Shown: positions 18,974 through 27,434 of the stretch, piece by piece | Layout: every line of letters starts with the position of its first letter | How positions within the stretch are numbered: position 1 is the first letter of the stretch | IMG/VR virus record: IMGVR_UViG_3300041407_000207 | Coordinates: 1 to 52,089 of that record | Source of the DNA: a virus | Taxonomy: Duplodnaviria; Heunggongvirae; Uroviricota; Caudoviricetes | Strand: one strand, 5' to 3' | DNA: 52,089 bases | The notes under the pieces: model-generated | The model's input: only the letters and a program-made list of their open reading frames with translations | What the model was told of the DNA's origin: nothing | Databases searched by the model: none | Translations under genes and position numbers: made by a program

Positions 18974-19417
18974 TCATACTCTAATTTCACCATCTCGCAC
19001 AACTCCAACCATGGTCAACGTCTCGTCCCTTATAGCTCCTGAATTAATCAGAATCTCGTTTATATTTTCAACTGCGTTTCTTAGCGAAGGCAAGGATCTC
19101 ATGTAGTCCATGTCGAGAACCATTAACTCTAATTTTGCTTTCGTAATATCCGGATGTTTTATAGGAGCTTGATTCTGGATAGTCTGAGCAAATTCTTGCA
19201 AGCTCTTGTACTGGAGCTTCAGTATCGAGTTTGTTATCAAGTACGACTCTATTACGGTAAGGTACTTCTTTGATATTGCTGAGTAAGTATCCGGAGTTGC
19301 TTCGTCCAACTCTTTTCGGATATCCATTACCTCCTTCATTTTCTCATGAAGAATTGTGTAGTCAGCGATGGTAGCTCTTAACAGAGCTCCAAGTTTTGCA
19401 ATATTTACAAGATCCAT
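18974..19417 (-). CDS. hypothetical coiled-coil protein
   Basis: Start reassigned to ATG at 19417 (MDLVNIAK) behind GAGGGAG. Confidence 0.7.
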   Translation of the reverse strand: MDLVNIAKLGALLRATIADYTILHEKMKEVMDIRKELDEATPDTYSAISKKYLTVIESYLITNSILKLQYKSLQEFAQTIQNQAPIKHPDITKAKLELMVLDMDYMRSLPSLRNAVENINEILINSGAIRDETLTMVGVVRDGEIRV

Positions 19418-19482
19418 TTTTCTCCCTCGATGTGCGTAAGATACGGCGTCTGGTGGACTCCGTGACTTTGTATACATAATAC

Positions 19483-19489
19483 TTATACC
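19483..19489 (-). promoter_or_regulatory. class E promoter motif GGTATAAG
   Basis: TTATACC, intergenic. Confidence 0.7.
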
Positions 19490-19534
19490 CGGTTAACTAC
19501 TTGACTTTTATAAGCATACAGTTAACCTCTGCGA

Positions 19535-20860
19535 ATGGATCATTCTGAATTTGAAACAAAGTCCATTCTCAGACATGGGCACCGGTACGACTACTCTCGA
19601 GTTCAGATTACGAATAATCGGACCAAGGTAGAGATTGTCTGTCAAAAACACGGTCCGTTTCTACAGGCCCCTGACCATCATATGAGAGGTCGGGGATGTC
19701 CAATTTGTTCGCGAGAATCACGAGTGTGGAGTAAGCCTTTGACTTCTGAAGAGTTCTTTACTAAGGCAACTGAAATCCACAAAGGTTTCTATGACTACTC
19801 TTCCTCTGTATTTAAAACTTCTTCCCATAAGATAAGCATAGTTTGCGCCATCCATGGAGAATTCTCTACTTTGGCCAGAAAGCATCTTCATGAAAAAAGA
19901 GGATGTCCTTCTTGTGGTAAGGTGAAAACTCGATATGCACAAAGCGTAATGTATCAGGACTTCTTTGATAGAGCCGTAGACAGACATGGCTTGGCATATT
20001 CCTATGCGGATACTTCGCTTAGATTCCTCTCAGATGATATCGACGTAGTCTGCCCCTCTCACGGCCCCTTTACGTTAGTGGCCTCAGATCATGTTCATGG
20101 CCGTGGATGTCCGAAGTGTAGACCTCAAGGATCTTGCCCGGAAAATGAGTTGGCTGACTTTATTCATAATCTAGGATTCGATATCGTAAGGAATACTAGG
20201 AAGGTGATACCGCCACTCGAGCTAGACGTCGTTTTGCCGAGAGAACGAATTGCGTTTGAGTTTAATGGTATTTTCTGGCATTCAGAGCAGGCCGGGAAGG
20301 CATTTCAGTACCATCAGAATAAAACCTTGATGGCTCAACGTTCTGGATACCGACTGTTCCATGTTTATGAATCCGATTGGGATATAAATAGAAACTCAGT
20401 TGAAGAGAAGATCTGCAGAATTCTGTCTAGAACTCCTTGCCCAACCCTAACCGGTGCCTACCCAATAGAGGAATACAACGGAGACTACCATTTGATTCTT
20501 CGTGGAAATCCCATTGCAGGATTCCGAGTGAAGGATCGTATCGCCAAAGATTCTTGGAGCATGTACGGGCTAGAGCCAATACGAATGCTACTAACCATGT
20601 CAGGAATAGATAAGATACAGACAAGTCTTGACTGGCCAGAGTACACCCTGGAGGATTTTGATAAGTTCGGATTTAAGAAGTATATGAACGTCAGACCTGG
20701 ACGTCTCTACTTCGACAAGAAAACCCTGAGAAGACTAAAAGAAAAGCCCAGAGAGTATCCGGGCTTAGAATTTCTTTCAGTGGTGGACTCTGGGGCCATC
20801 ATTTGGGATGTAGTCCAGAATCGGATTGAACAAGACGTAGTTCATGACGTTACCGATTGA
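19535..20860 (+). CDS. putative homing endonuclease: three C-x2-HG...GCP-x-C zinc repeats plus PD-(D/E)xK (Vsr/DUF559-like) nuclease domain
   Basis: Repeats YDYS...I.C..HG.F...H..G.GCP.C (x3); LELDVVLP...AFEFNGIFWH...YHQNK...GYRLFHVYESDW. Confidence 0.8.
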   Translation: MDHSEFETKSILRHGHRYDYSRVQITNNRTKVEIVCQKHGPFLQAPDHHMRGRGCPICSRESRVWSKPLTSEEFFTKATEIHKGFYDYSSSVFKTSSHKISIVCAIHGEFSTLARKHLHEKRGCPSCGKVKTRYAQSVMYQDFFDRAVDRHGLAYSYADTSLRFLSDDIDVVCPSHGPFTLVASDHVHGRGCPKCRPQGSCPENELADFIHNLGFDIVRNTRKVIPPLELDVVLPRERIAFEFNGIFWHSEQAGKAFQYHQNKTLMAQRSGYRLFHVYESDWDINRNSVEEKICRILSRTPCPTLTGAYPIEEYNGDYHLILRGNPIAGFRVKDRIAKDSWSMYGLEPIRMLLTMSGIDKIQTSLDWPEYTLEDFDKFGFKKYMNVRPGRLYFDKKTLRRLKEKPREYPGLEFLSVVDSGAIIWDVVQNRIEQDVVHDVTD

Positions 20861-21190
20861 GCTCTTACTGTTGTCACCTAGTTCCTGATCGATGAACTCC
20901 AGGAGAACAGCATTCCGGGTTACGATCATCAACGGATCTTCGGGACTCAACTTGTAGTCATACCCGAGTTCAATAGCGTTGCTCATCGAGAACGACGCTA
21001 GATTCCTCAGGGATTTAATCTCATCCCACAACGCTGTTACTTGTAGATCACAACCCTCAACATCTTCAGGGTAGATCCTTGTTCCTTCCCGGTGAGCATC
21101 CAACTCGTTTTTCATTTCTTCTACAGCGGCTTCTACACAGCGCTGCATGGTGAGCCCGGATCTACCTGCAGGTAATGAGAATTGCAACAT
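20777..21190 (-). CDS. hypothetical protein
   Basis: AAGGAG RBS and class E motif; 3' end overlaps the endonuclease 3' end by 84 bp. Confidence 0.65.
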   Translation of the reverse strand: MLQFSLPAGRSGLTMQRCVEAAVEEMKNELDAHREGTRIYPEDVEGCDLQVTALWDEIKSLRNLASFSMSNAIELGYDYKLSPEDPLMIVTRNAVLLEFIDQELGDNSKSSIGNVMNYVLFNPILDYIPNDGPRVHH

Positions 21191-21221
21191 GGCGTAAGCT
21201 CCTTCTGGCTATCTACCTATC

Positions 21222-21228
21222 TTATACC
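21222..21228 (-). promoter_or_regulatory. class E promoter motif GGTATAAG
   Basis: TTATACC, intergenic. Confidence 0.7.
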
Positions 21229-21282
21229 ACACCGCATTCGCCTAAAAGAGAGGGCCACCACCCCCTCTTTCATTGCGACCCC

Positions 21283-21531
21283 TTACGAGGTTGCAGTTTC
21301 TTTTACGGAAGCCACCGAACCACGCAGGATGTCGATCTCTTCTTTCAAAGCAGCCTTGGCCGCTTCTTCACCCTTTTTCACGCCCTTGCGATTGCCGAGC
21401 AGATAGCCCAGGCCTGCGCCAATAGCGAGCATTGCACCGCCTACCGCGAACGCAATGGTATTGCTGTTGGTGTTTTTAGCAGCAGCTTCTTCGATTGCGG
21501 CAACTGCGGTCAGGTCTTGTTCAGCGATCAT
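21283..21531 (-). CDS. small single-pass membrane protein (paralogue set)
   Basis: IAFAVGGAMLAIGAGLGYLLG helix; GGAG RBS. Confidence 0.7.
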   Translation of the reverse strand: MIAEQDLTAVAAIEEAAAKNTNSNTIAFAVGGAMLAIGAGLGYLLGNRKGVKKGEEAAKAALKEEIDILRGSVASVKETATS

Positions 21532-21562
21532 GATGAATCTCCAGGTATTAGTTTTTTGAGAA

Positions 21563-21778
21563 TTACGGTTGAGTGTTGCGACGGTTGTCCCGTTCTCGTG
21601 AACGGGTATTTGGGGAACGCCTTTCTACTTGAAGATCCCGAGCACTTTTAAGAGACGCTTTGGTCCAGCCAACTGCGAATCCCAAACCGATCAGTGCTCC
21701 TCCGATCAGTGCGTACAGGGTGCCCTCACCGGCACTCATAGGAGTGCTCGATTCCAGATGTTCTAACGGAGCTTTCAT
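21563..21778 (-). CDS. small single-pass membrane protein (paralogue set)
   Basis: LYALIGGALIGLGFAVGW helix; GGAGG RBS. Confidence 0.65.
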   Translation of the reverse strand: MKAPLEHLESSTPMSAGEGTLYALIGGALIGLGFAVGWTKASLKSARDLQVERRSPNTRSRERDNRRNTQP

Positions 21779-21817
21779 TGGGAACCCTCCTACAAGTGTG
21801 TGCCTATCTCAATTTAG

Positions 21818-21824
21818 TTATACC
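21818..21824 (-). promoter_or_regulatory. class E promoter motif GGTATAAC
   Basis: TTATACC, intergenic. Confidence 0.65.
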
Positions 21825-21876
21825 CAAGCTGAGATAGCGAATTGAGAGGGCCCTTGGGGAATCGGGCCCTATGGTG

Positions 21877-22089
21877 TTACTTTGCAACAGGTTGACGTTT
21901 TGCACGTTCCATCTTTGCAGCTGCTTCACCCTTGGCACCCAGGATGAAACCTACGCCTGCACCGATGGCCATGAACGCCGCGCCGATTAAGAATGCTGCA
22001 CCGGCATAATTGCCAGCAGCTTCGGACCGAGTTTCAGGACCTTGGTGATGGTGATACGTTACGTGGTCAGCACGAATTGGTGAATCCAT
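21877..22089 (-). CDS. small single-pass membrane protein (paralogue set)
   Basis: NYAGAAFLIGAAFMAIGAGVGFILG; start reassigned to ATG at 22089 behind AAGGA. Confidence 0.65.
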   Translation of the reverse strand: MDSPIRADHVTYHHHQGPETRSEAAGNYAGAAFLIGAAFMAIGAGVGFILGAKGEAAAKMERAKRQPVAK

Positions 22090-22150
22090 GACAGTATTCC
22101 TTGGGAAGGAGTGGGGGAAGTAGTTCAAACAGTTTTCTTCTGCACTACTC

Positions 22151-22157
22151 TTATACC
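22151..22157 (-). promoter_or_regulatory. class E promoter motif GGTATAAG overlapping the upstream stop codon
   Basis: The TAA in the motif is the stop of 22151..22714. Confidence 0.7.
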
Positions 22158-22714
22158 GGTTTTACTGGTTCAGAATTGACAATTTCATCAACGGTAATGA
22201 GGTTTACACCGCCTTTGATGTGGAGAGCAGTTTTAGATTTGATCTTTATGTTCTCCAAACCCATGAACATTTCCTGGGTCATCGTGGAAGGCCTTTCGAC
22301 CAAGAAGTTTTCCGGGATTGCAGACCCGACCTTTACTTCTTCTTTATACGACTTTTTGACGTAGTAGTACTTCGTCTCTTTCGACGTGACTTGATCGACG
22401 ACTGCACCCTTGCTTCCAAGGATGTCGCTCATCGTACGCTTCAAGTCTTCGATGGTGGACTCGACAACATTTTCTGTGGAATTTCCTGCAGGGCTTTTAC
22501 CGGCAGACTTCCGCAACTTGTCGAGCAGGTCATCCGTGAAATTGGATGTCGAAGCAGGCTTACGCAGTTTGCGGATTGATTCAGAGATCATCCCTGCGCC
22601 AATGCCCACACAGAGAACTGCCATACCAACTAGGAAGGCAGCCCCGGCGTAGTTTTTGAAAGCTTCGGACGTCGTTTCATTGGCGTCCATTACGTGAATA
22701 GTTTCTACTACCAT
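22151..22714 (-). CDS. membrane-anchored hypothetical protein (paralogue set)
   Basis: NYAGAAFLVGMAVLCVGIGAGMI helix then a soluble domain; start reassigned to ATG at 22714 behind GAGGAG. Confidence 0.7.
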   Translation of the reverse strand: MVVETIHVMDANETTSEAFKNYAGAAFLVGMAVLCVGIGAGMISESIRKLRKPASTSNFTDDLLDKLRKSAGKSPAGNSTENVVESTIEDLKRTMSDILGSKGAVVDQVTSKETKYYYVKKSYKEEVKVGSAIPENFLVERPSTMTQEMFMGLENIKIKSKTALHIKGGVNLITVDEIVNSEPVKPV

Positions 22715-22770
22715 GAGGTGTCTCCTCGGAGATGTAAGATAGTTCATATAGGGTTTACATTACACAGTAC

Positions 22771-22777
22771 TTATACC
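22771..22777 (-). promoter_or_regulatory. class E promoter motif GGTATAAG
   Basis: TTATACC, intergenic, back-to-back with the class L site at 22808. Confidence 0.7.
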
Positions 22778-22807
22778 CGAACCATACGGCCCCTATTGAC
22801 CCTCAGT

Positions 22808-22813
22808 TAAAAT
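22808..22813 (+). promoter_or_regulatory. class L promoter hexamer (GT)TAAAAT
   Basis: Upstream of the beta' C-terminal gene. Confidence 0.55.
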
Positions 22814-22854
22814 CCCCAGATACCTAACTCACTACTACCAGGCCGATACCTTTC

Positions 22855-24675
22855 ATGGCAGACACTAAATACACCACTCCCGGATCAGTAATGATCAAGC
22901 ACATGCTTCCTATCGGAGCTCGGGAAAAGTACGACCTTCACCGCGTCCTGGATAAGGGTGGAGTTCAAGGTCTAATTCAATTGCTCATCAAGAACGAAGG
23001 ATCGGACTTTGAAGTCATCAATGACCTTGCACGTCTGTTCTTCGGTAAGGCTACGGAGATCGGTGCATCAACTCCGCTGTCTGACTATATAAACGATTCC
23101 TCAGAACGAGCCGCTCTGCTTGGAGAATTCGAGCACAAAGTATCAGAAATTCTAAAAAGCAAAGTTTCAACTCAAGAAAAGTCAAACGAATTGAGTAACT
23201 TGGCTGCGGATATGTCTGGAAAGATCAGTAAGCAAAACATCAACTACCTTGCTGAACGTGGATCTACTGCTGCGAAGATGGCTCAGACGGGAGCTCGGGG
23301 TAACCCTTCCCAACTTGCTTGGGGTACATCGTCTCCCCTCATGGCTGCTGACGTACGAGGTATGCCGGTACCAATCGCGGTAATGCACTCCTTTGCGGAA
23401 GGTCTTACTCCCGGCGAATACCTCGCCATGTCATACGCTGGACGAGCCTCCACAGTAGCCGCACAGCTCTCTACCTCCCTACCCGGTGCCCTGTTTAAGA
23501 AGTTGACTCCGAACCTCTACCATGAGGTTATTACGGTCCCTGACTGCGGTACTCACAACGGTATCCTAATCCCATCGACTGATAAAAAAGCACTCGTTGG
23601 TAGATTCGAAGCCGGAACTAATCGGTTCATTGATGAAGCATACCAACGAGAGCTAGAAGAGTCCCATAAACAGGTCAAGGTACGAAGCACTCTTACTTGT
23701 GAAGCTAAGAAAGGTGTTTGTCAGAAATGCTACGGCCAAGCTTCAGACGGCAAGCTGGTAACCATCGGTACCAACGTAGGCGTAATTGCTTCACAGTCGG
23801 TATCGGAACGTCTCACTCAGGCGATGCTAGGTACTAAGCACTCCGGGGGTGTTGCAGGTAAAAAGCGAAATGCTTATGAAGAAGCAAACAACCTCCTGTT
23901 GAACCCATCCGATAACTTCCAAGACGAAGCCACTATTTCAAAATTGAATGGCAAAGTTACTGACATTCGACAGACTGCCCTGAAGGATCACGAGGTTTAC
24001 ATCAACGGTGTTAGCCACTTCGTGAGTCGTGAACAAGACCTTTCGGTTAAGAAAGGTGATGACGTTCTGTCCGGAGGAGTAATGTCCACCGGTACAGTTA
24101 ACCCTCGTAAACTCGTTGCTCTTCAAGGAGTTGGTGCAGGCCGTCTGTACATGGCTAAGAAACTTCGAGATATCTACGGCTCAGGTCTAGATACTCGTCA
24201 CTTCGATTTGATTGCCCGCAACATGATCAAATACGTCAAGGTTAACGATCCGGGCGATACCGGGTTCATGCCGGGACAAGAGGTTGACATCAACGCTATT
24301 CAGCATCACTTGAAGAATAGCAGTGAAACAGTCCCGATATCCTCTGCGGCGGGTCGTACTCTTTCACACGGTATCTTGGAAGAAACTCCAGGAACTTACC
24401 TGACGCAGAACCACGTTGATAGCTTGGCTCTGAGAGGCATCTCTTCCGTGAAAGTAAGTAACTCTGGACTAAAGGTAACCCCGATGGTTCCAGGTCTTCA
24501 GTCTGCAAAACTTCTCGATCCTAACTGGCTATCCAAACTTGCATTCAACAAGATTAGACAGACGATTCAGGAATCCGGAGCTATCGGTGCTTCTTCTGAA
24601 ATTCACGGCACGGACCCTATTACTCCGTATGTACTGGGTCGAGATTTTGGCCAAGGTAACCCTGGAGAATACTAA
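22855..24675 (+). CDS. rpoC: RNA polymerase beta' C-terminal piece (bridge helix, trigger loop)
   Basis: TGARGN, SFAEGLTPGEY, DCGT, VRSTLTCEAKKGVCQKCYG, VGVIASQSVSERLTQAMLGTKHSGG, RHFDLIARNM. Confidence 0.92.
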   Translation: MADTKYTTPGSVMIKHMLPIGAREKYDLHRVLDKGGVQGLIQLLIKNEGSDFEVINDLARLFFGKATEIGASTPLSDYINDSSERAALLGEFEHKVSEILKSKVSTQEKSNELSNLAADMSGKISKQNINYLAERGSTAAKMAQTGARGNPSQLAWGTSSPLMAADVRGMPVPIAVMHSFAEGLTPGEYLAMSYAGRASTVAAQLSTSLPGALFKKLTPNLYHEVITVPDCGTHNGILIPSTDKKALVGRFEAGTNRFIDEAYQRELEESHKQVKVRSTLTCEAKKGVCQKCYGQASDGKLVTIGTNVGVIASQSVSERLTQAMLGTKHSGGVAGKKRNAYEEANNLLLNPSDNFQDEATISKLNGKVTDIRQTALKDHEVYINGVSHFVSREQDLSVKKGDDVLSGGVMSTGTVNPRKLVALQGVGAGRLYMAKKLRDIYGSGLDTRHFDLIARNMIKYVKVNDPGDTGFMPGQEVDINAIQHHLKNSSETVPISSAAGRTLSHGILEETPGTYLTQNHVDSLALRGISSVKVSNSGLKVTPMVPGLQSAKLLDPNWLSKLAFNKIRQTIQESGAIGASSEIHGTDPITPYVLGRDFGQGNPGEY

Positions 24676-25463
24676 TGGCTACTGGAGTGGCAGGCCCATC
24701 GTCTAGTACTGAATTCAGACAAGCTCTCAAAGCTGAGATAGATACTCAGCTAGGGAGCAACTTCAGTATTCTCGGCGGATACCCTGATGTAGATAAGATT
24801 ATCATCGGGGTAATTTCCGTAGAGTCAGGTCAAGGTTTGAATTGGAACAACGTCAGTGTTGCTCACAAGATCGTCCCCGCTACTTCTGGTTTTGGTAAAT
24901 CAGTAGAAGCACATCAGGTGATTAAAGCTGCCAGAGCAAATCTGGCACTGAACCAAGGGAATATAAATCACGGAAGATTGGCCCAATCGCTACTAGGATG
25001 TATGGGGGCGTATCTCATGAGAGGTCTGCAAAACGGACCTAAGGGATTCCCACACGTACAGGGGTCTTATTCTGGCGTTGCTGAAAGTGTCGGTCTTCTC
25101 GTTAATCCGGGGCAATCTATTACTGCACTCTTTACCCAAGATCAAGAAGGGCTTAGAAGAGGTTTAGTTGCAGGGCTATGTGTCTTGGAATATAACTACA
25201 AAATATATATCAGGAAGTACAACGGGGACAAAACCAAGGCCATACAACAAACAGTACGAGTTCACTTAGGTGATCCCAACTCTGCTGACGTTGTTACCGG
25301 CATAAACTCTACTGACTATCTTGATCGAGTCATGAAAAACGCAAATGGGTATGCAAGTTCTTCTGGAGCCAACAAGTACTCAGGAATGGCTACCAACTCA
25401 ATAAAAGCCGCCGTCAATACCCAGAGCAGTCCTGGAACTGCACCCGGATGCGGTGGAGCATAA
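24675..25463 (+). CDS. putative lytic transglycosylase (SLT/lysozyme-like) protein, divergent
   Basis: IIGVISVESG catalytic-Glu-like motif, LGCMG in place of GLMQ, C-terminal A...VHLG...YLDRV. Confidence 0.45.
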   Translation: MATGVAGPSSSTEFRQALKAEIDTQLGSNFSILGGYPDVDKIIIGVISVESGQGLNWNNVSVAHKIVPATSGFGKSVEAHQVIKAARANLALNQGNINHGRLAQSLLGCMGAYLMRGLQNGPKGFPHVQGSYSGVAESVGLLVNPGQSITALFTQDQEGLRRGLVAGLCVLEYNYKIYIRKYNGDKTKAIQQTVRVHLGDPNSADVVTGINSTDYLDRVMKNANGYASSSGANKYSGMATNSIKAAVNTQSSPGTAPGCGGA

Positions 25464-25477
25464 GAAATATCTGTCGT

Positions 25478-25483
25478 TAAAAT
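25478..25483 (+). promoter_or_regulatory. class L promoter hexamer (CGT)TAAAAT
   Basis: Upstream of the head-assembly cluster. Confidence 0.55.
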
Positions 25484-25520
25484 AGACACATTAGCTTCCT
25501 AGCCGGAAAGTGGACCAACT

Positions 25521-27434
25521 ATGGATTTCCCCGAAATTGCAATGCAGAAGCTTAGCCAGACCGCACCGGAACTGGTTAATCTCATCGTCGCCTTCCGCGA
25601 CATTTCAGAAGAGGCCTCTGCGGAGAACGACGTTACCGTAGGTGCGTTCATTCTTCAATCTGGAGCGGCTACTTACTACATCCCGGTAATTAAGAAAGAC
25701 CACACTACTCACCCGATTGATTCGGTGTTCTTCTGTGATGAGAGAAAGTTCCGTCCTCTCTCAAAGAGTACTGTGAGCAAGATCATGAACGCCAGCAAAC
25801 TAGATCCTGGTAAGAAAGCCAAGATCCCTAAAGGTGTTTCCCGCAATCCAAGCGTATATGATTTGGTCAATCCTCCTCGTACCGGCAAATTTGTTTACGC
25901 CAGTGACAGTCGTGTCTCTGAGTTTTTGGCCTCAACGCCTAACCATATCAAAGCATTTGTACGTACCCGAGTTGCTGATGACAGCGGCCTGGCAAATGGT
26001 TTGAACAAGCTTTACGGAATCGAAGATTTCATCTCAGCTCTGAAAGATACCCCTGTAGAACATAAGTCTCAGTCAGAAATTCCGGCTAAGGCCGTGTACA
26101 CCTACGGAGATGAATTGACGGATCATCAGGCTCGAGAGGTTCTCGATAAAGGTTATTCACTCAATGACAAATACCCACACGCCAGTCGTGTAGCTATTCC
26201 TCAGGAAGAGTTTGAATACCACGGTCAGCTACATCACGTAAACACTGCTACTGAACAAGGCAAGTGCTTCCGCATGATGTCTGCGGATGGCGGTGTCGTA
26301 GAAGCTTACGTTTTGAAAGAAGTTATGTCGGTTCCTACCAAGATGGAGACACCATACGGTGCTCACGGCCAAGGCTACTGCCTGCCTCATTCTCGGAAGG
26401 GCGTAGTCGCAACTGCCTCAGGTCGTCTTCTCACTCTTGGCAAATTCATTGCAGTTGGTGATGAGCTTGTTGGTGAGCGTGACAACAAGGCTATCGTCGG
26501 CAGCATTCTTTCCAAGTTCACCAGTCGCAGAAATCTGATTGGGGCAAGAGACGTTCATCAAGGTGGTCACTTTGCAATCCTAGATCCAAATATGGGAATT
26601 CTCGTATCGGGTCAAGTAGAGGCTGCAAACTGGGGTCGTCATATCGTTACCCTACGCCTGAGAACTGAAGACGGAACTTGTAACGTAGCGTTTATTTCCA
26701 GCTTGAAATCCATCATCACTGATTCTTCAGGAACCATCTGCGTTCCAGAAGGGTACCCTCTGGTAGAAATGGACGAAGGCTTTGATTCGTACGAGACCGC
26801 TCACAAGATCGAATCGATGAACATCAACTACGCCCAGACTCTGCTTGCTTCTCAAGCACTGACTGCCCTAGGTGATCGCATCAACATCGGTCACGACGGA
26901 ATCGACTACAGCCTCAATGGTTCGGTAATCGGTCCTGCCCACAAAGCAATCGAACTTCTGATCATGAATGAAGGTATTGAGCCTGCCCGTGCAGAATCCT
27001 TTGTAAAACGTGCTTCCGAAGTTAAGAAGTGCGTAGTACTGATGTCGAAGAAAGCAGACTTTTCTCCAGGTCAAATCCCAGAATTTGGTGATAAACCTCA
27101 GCCACAAGCCGAAGCTCAGATGAACGGGGCTAATATCCAACAAGCACTCGACTCGGGTGATAAACAAATCGCAGACGCGATGATTATCTCGGAACTTCTT
27201 CAGTCACCAGATCTGTTCGGTGTGATTGCAGAATACCTACCTGATATCAATGAAGCAGTGGACCGTTTGGGACGTGTTTTGTTCATGAGTCGTGTGAGGA
27301 TGGATCAACTTATCCAGGCCAGCGGCAGTGAATCGGCGATGTCTACTATTGCATCAGTCAAAGCTGTTTACCGTAACCTGGGTGATAACCTGGTGAAACT
27401 GGAGCAGCTTATCTCCAATGTCAAAGCGACATAA
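25521..27434 (+). CDS. hypothetical head-cluster protein (637 aa)
   Basis: First gene of the prohead cluster; carries K-x-A motifs; no family recognised. Confidence 0.7.
   Translation: MDFPEIAMQKLSQTAPELVNLIVAFRDISEEASAENDVTVGAFILQSGAATYYIPVIKKDHTTHPIDSVFFCDERKFRPLSKSTVSKIMNASKLDPGKKAKIPKGVSRNPSVYDLVNPPRTGKFVYASDSRVSEFLASTPNHIKAFVRTRVADDSGLANGLNKLYGIEDFISALKDTPVEHKSQSEIPAKAVYTYGDELTDHQAREVLDKGYSLNDKYPHASRVAIPQEEFEYHGQLHHVNTATEQGKCFRMMSADGGVVEAYVLKEVMSVPTKMETPYGAHGQGYCLPHSRKGVVATASGRLLTLGKFIAVGDELVGERDNKAIVGSILSKFTSRRNLIGARDVHQGGHFAILDPNMGILVSGQVEAANWGRHIVTLRLRTEDGTCNVAFISSLKSIITDSSGTICVPEGYPLVEMDEGFDSYETAHKIESMNINYAQTLLASQALTALGDRINIGHDGIDYSLNGSVIGPAHKAIELLIMNEGIEPARAESFVKRASEVKKCVVLMSKKADFSPGQIPEFGDKPQPQAEAQMNGANIQQALDSGDKQIADAMIISELLQSPDLFGVIAEYLPDINEAVDRLGRVLFMSRVRMDQLIQASGSESAMSTIASVKAVYRNLGDNLVKLEQLISNVKAT

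Noticed and set aside
16740-22854. Intron or intein interrupting rpoC
   Set aside because: Each piece has its own start and stop, a terminator follows the first, and a promoter motif precedes the second; the insert is a set of independently promoted genes with no group I/II or intein hallmarks seen
12241-24675. Bacterial rpoBC operon (host chromosome or contamination)
   Set aside because: No ribosomal-protein or nusG context; flanked by portal, capsid and tail genes; many invariant bacterial residues are altered; shares the phage promoter motif
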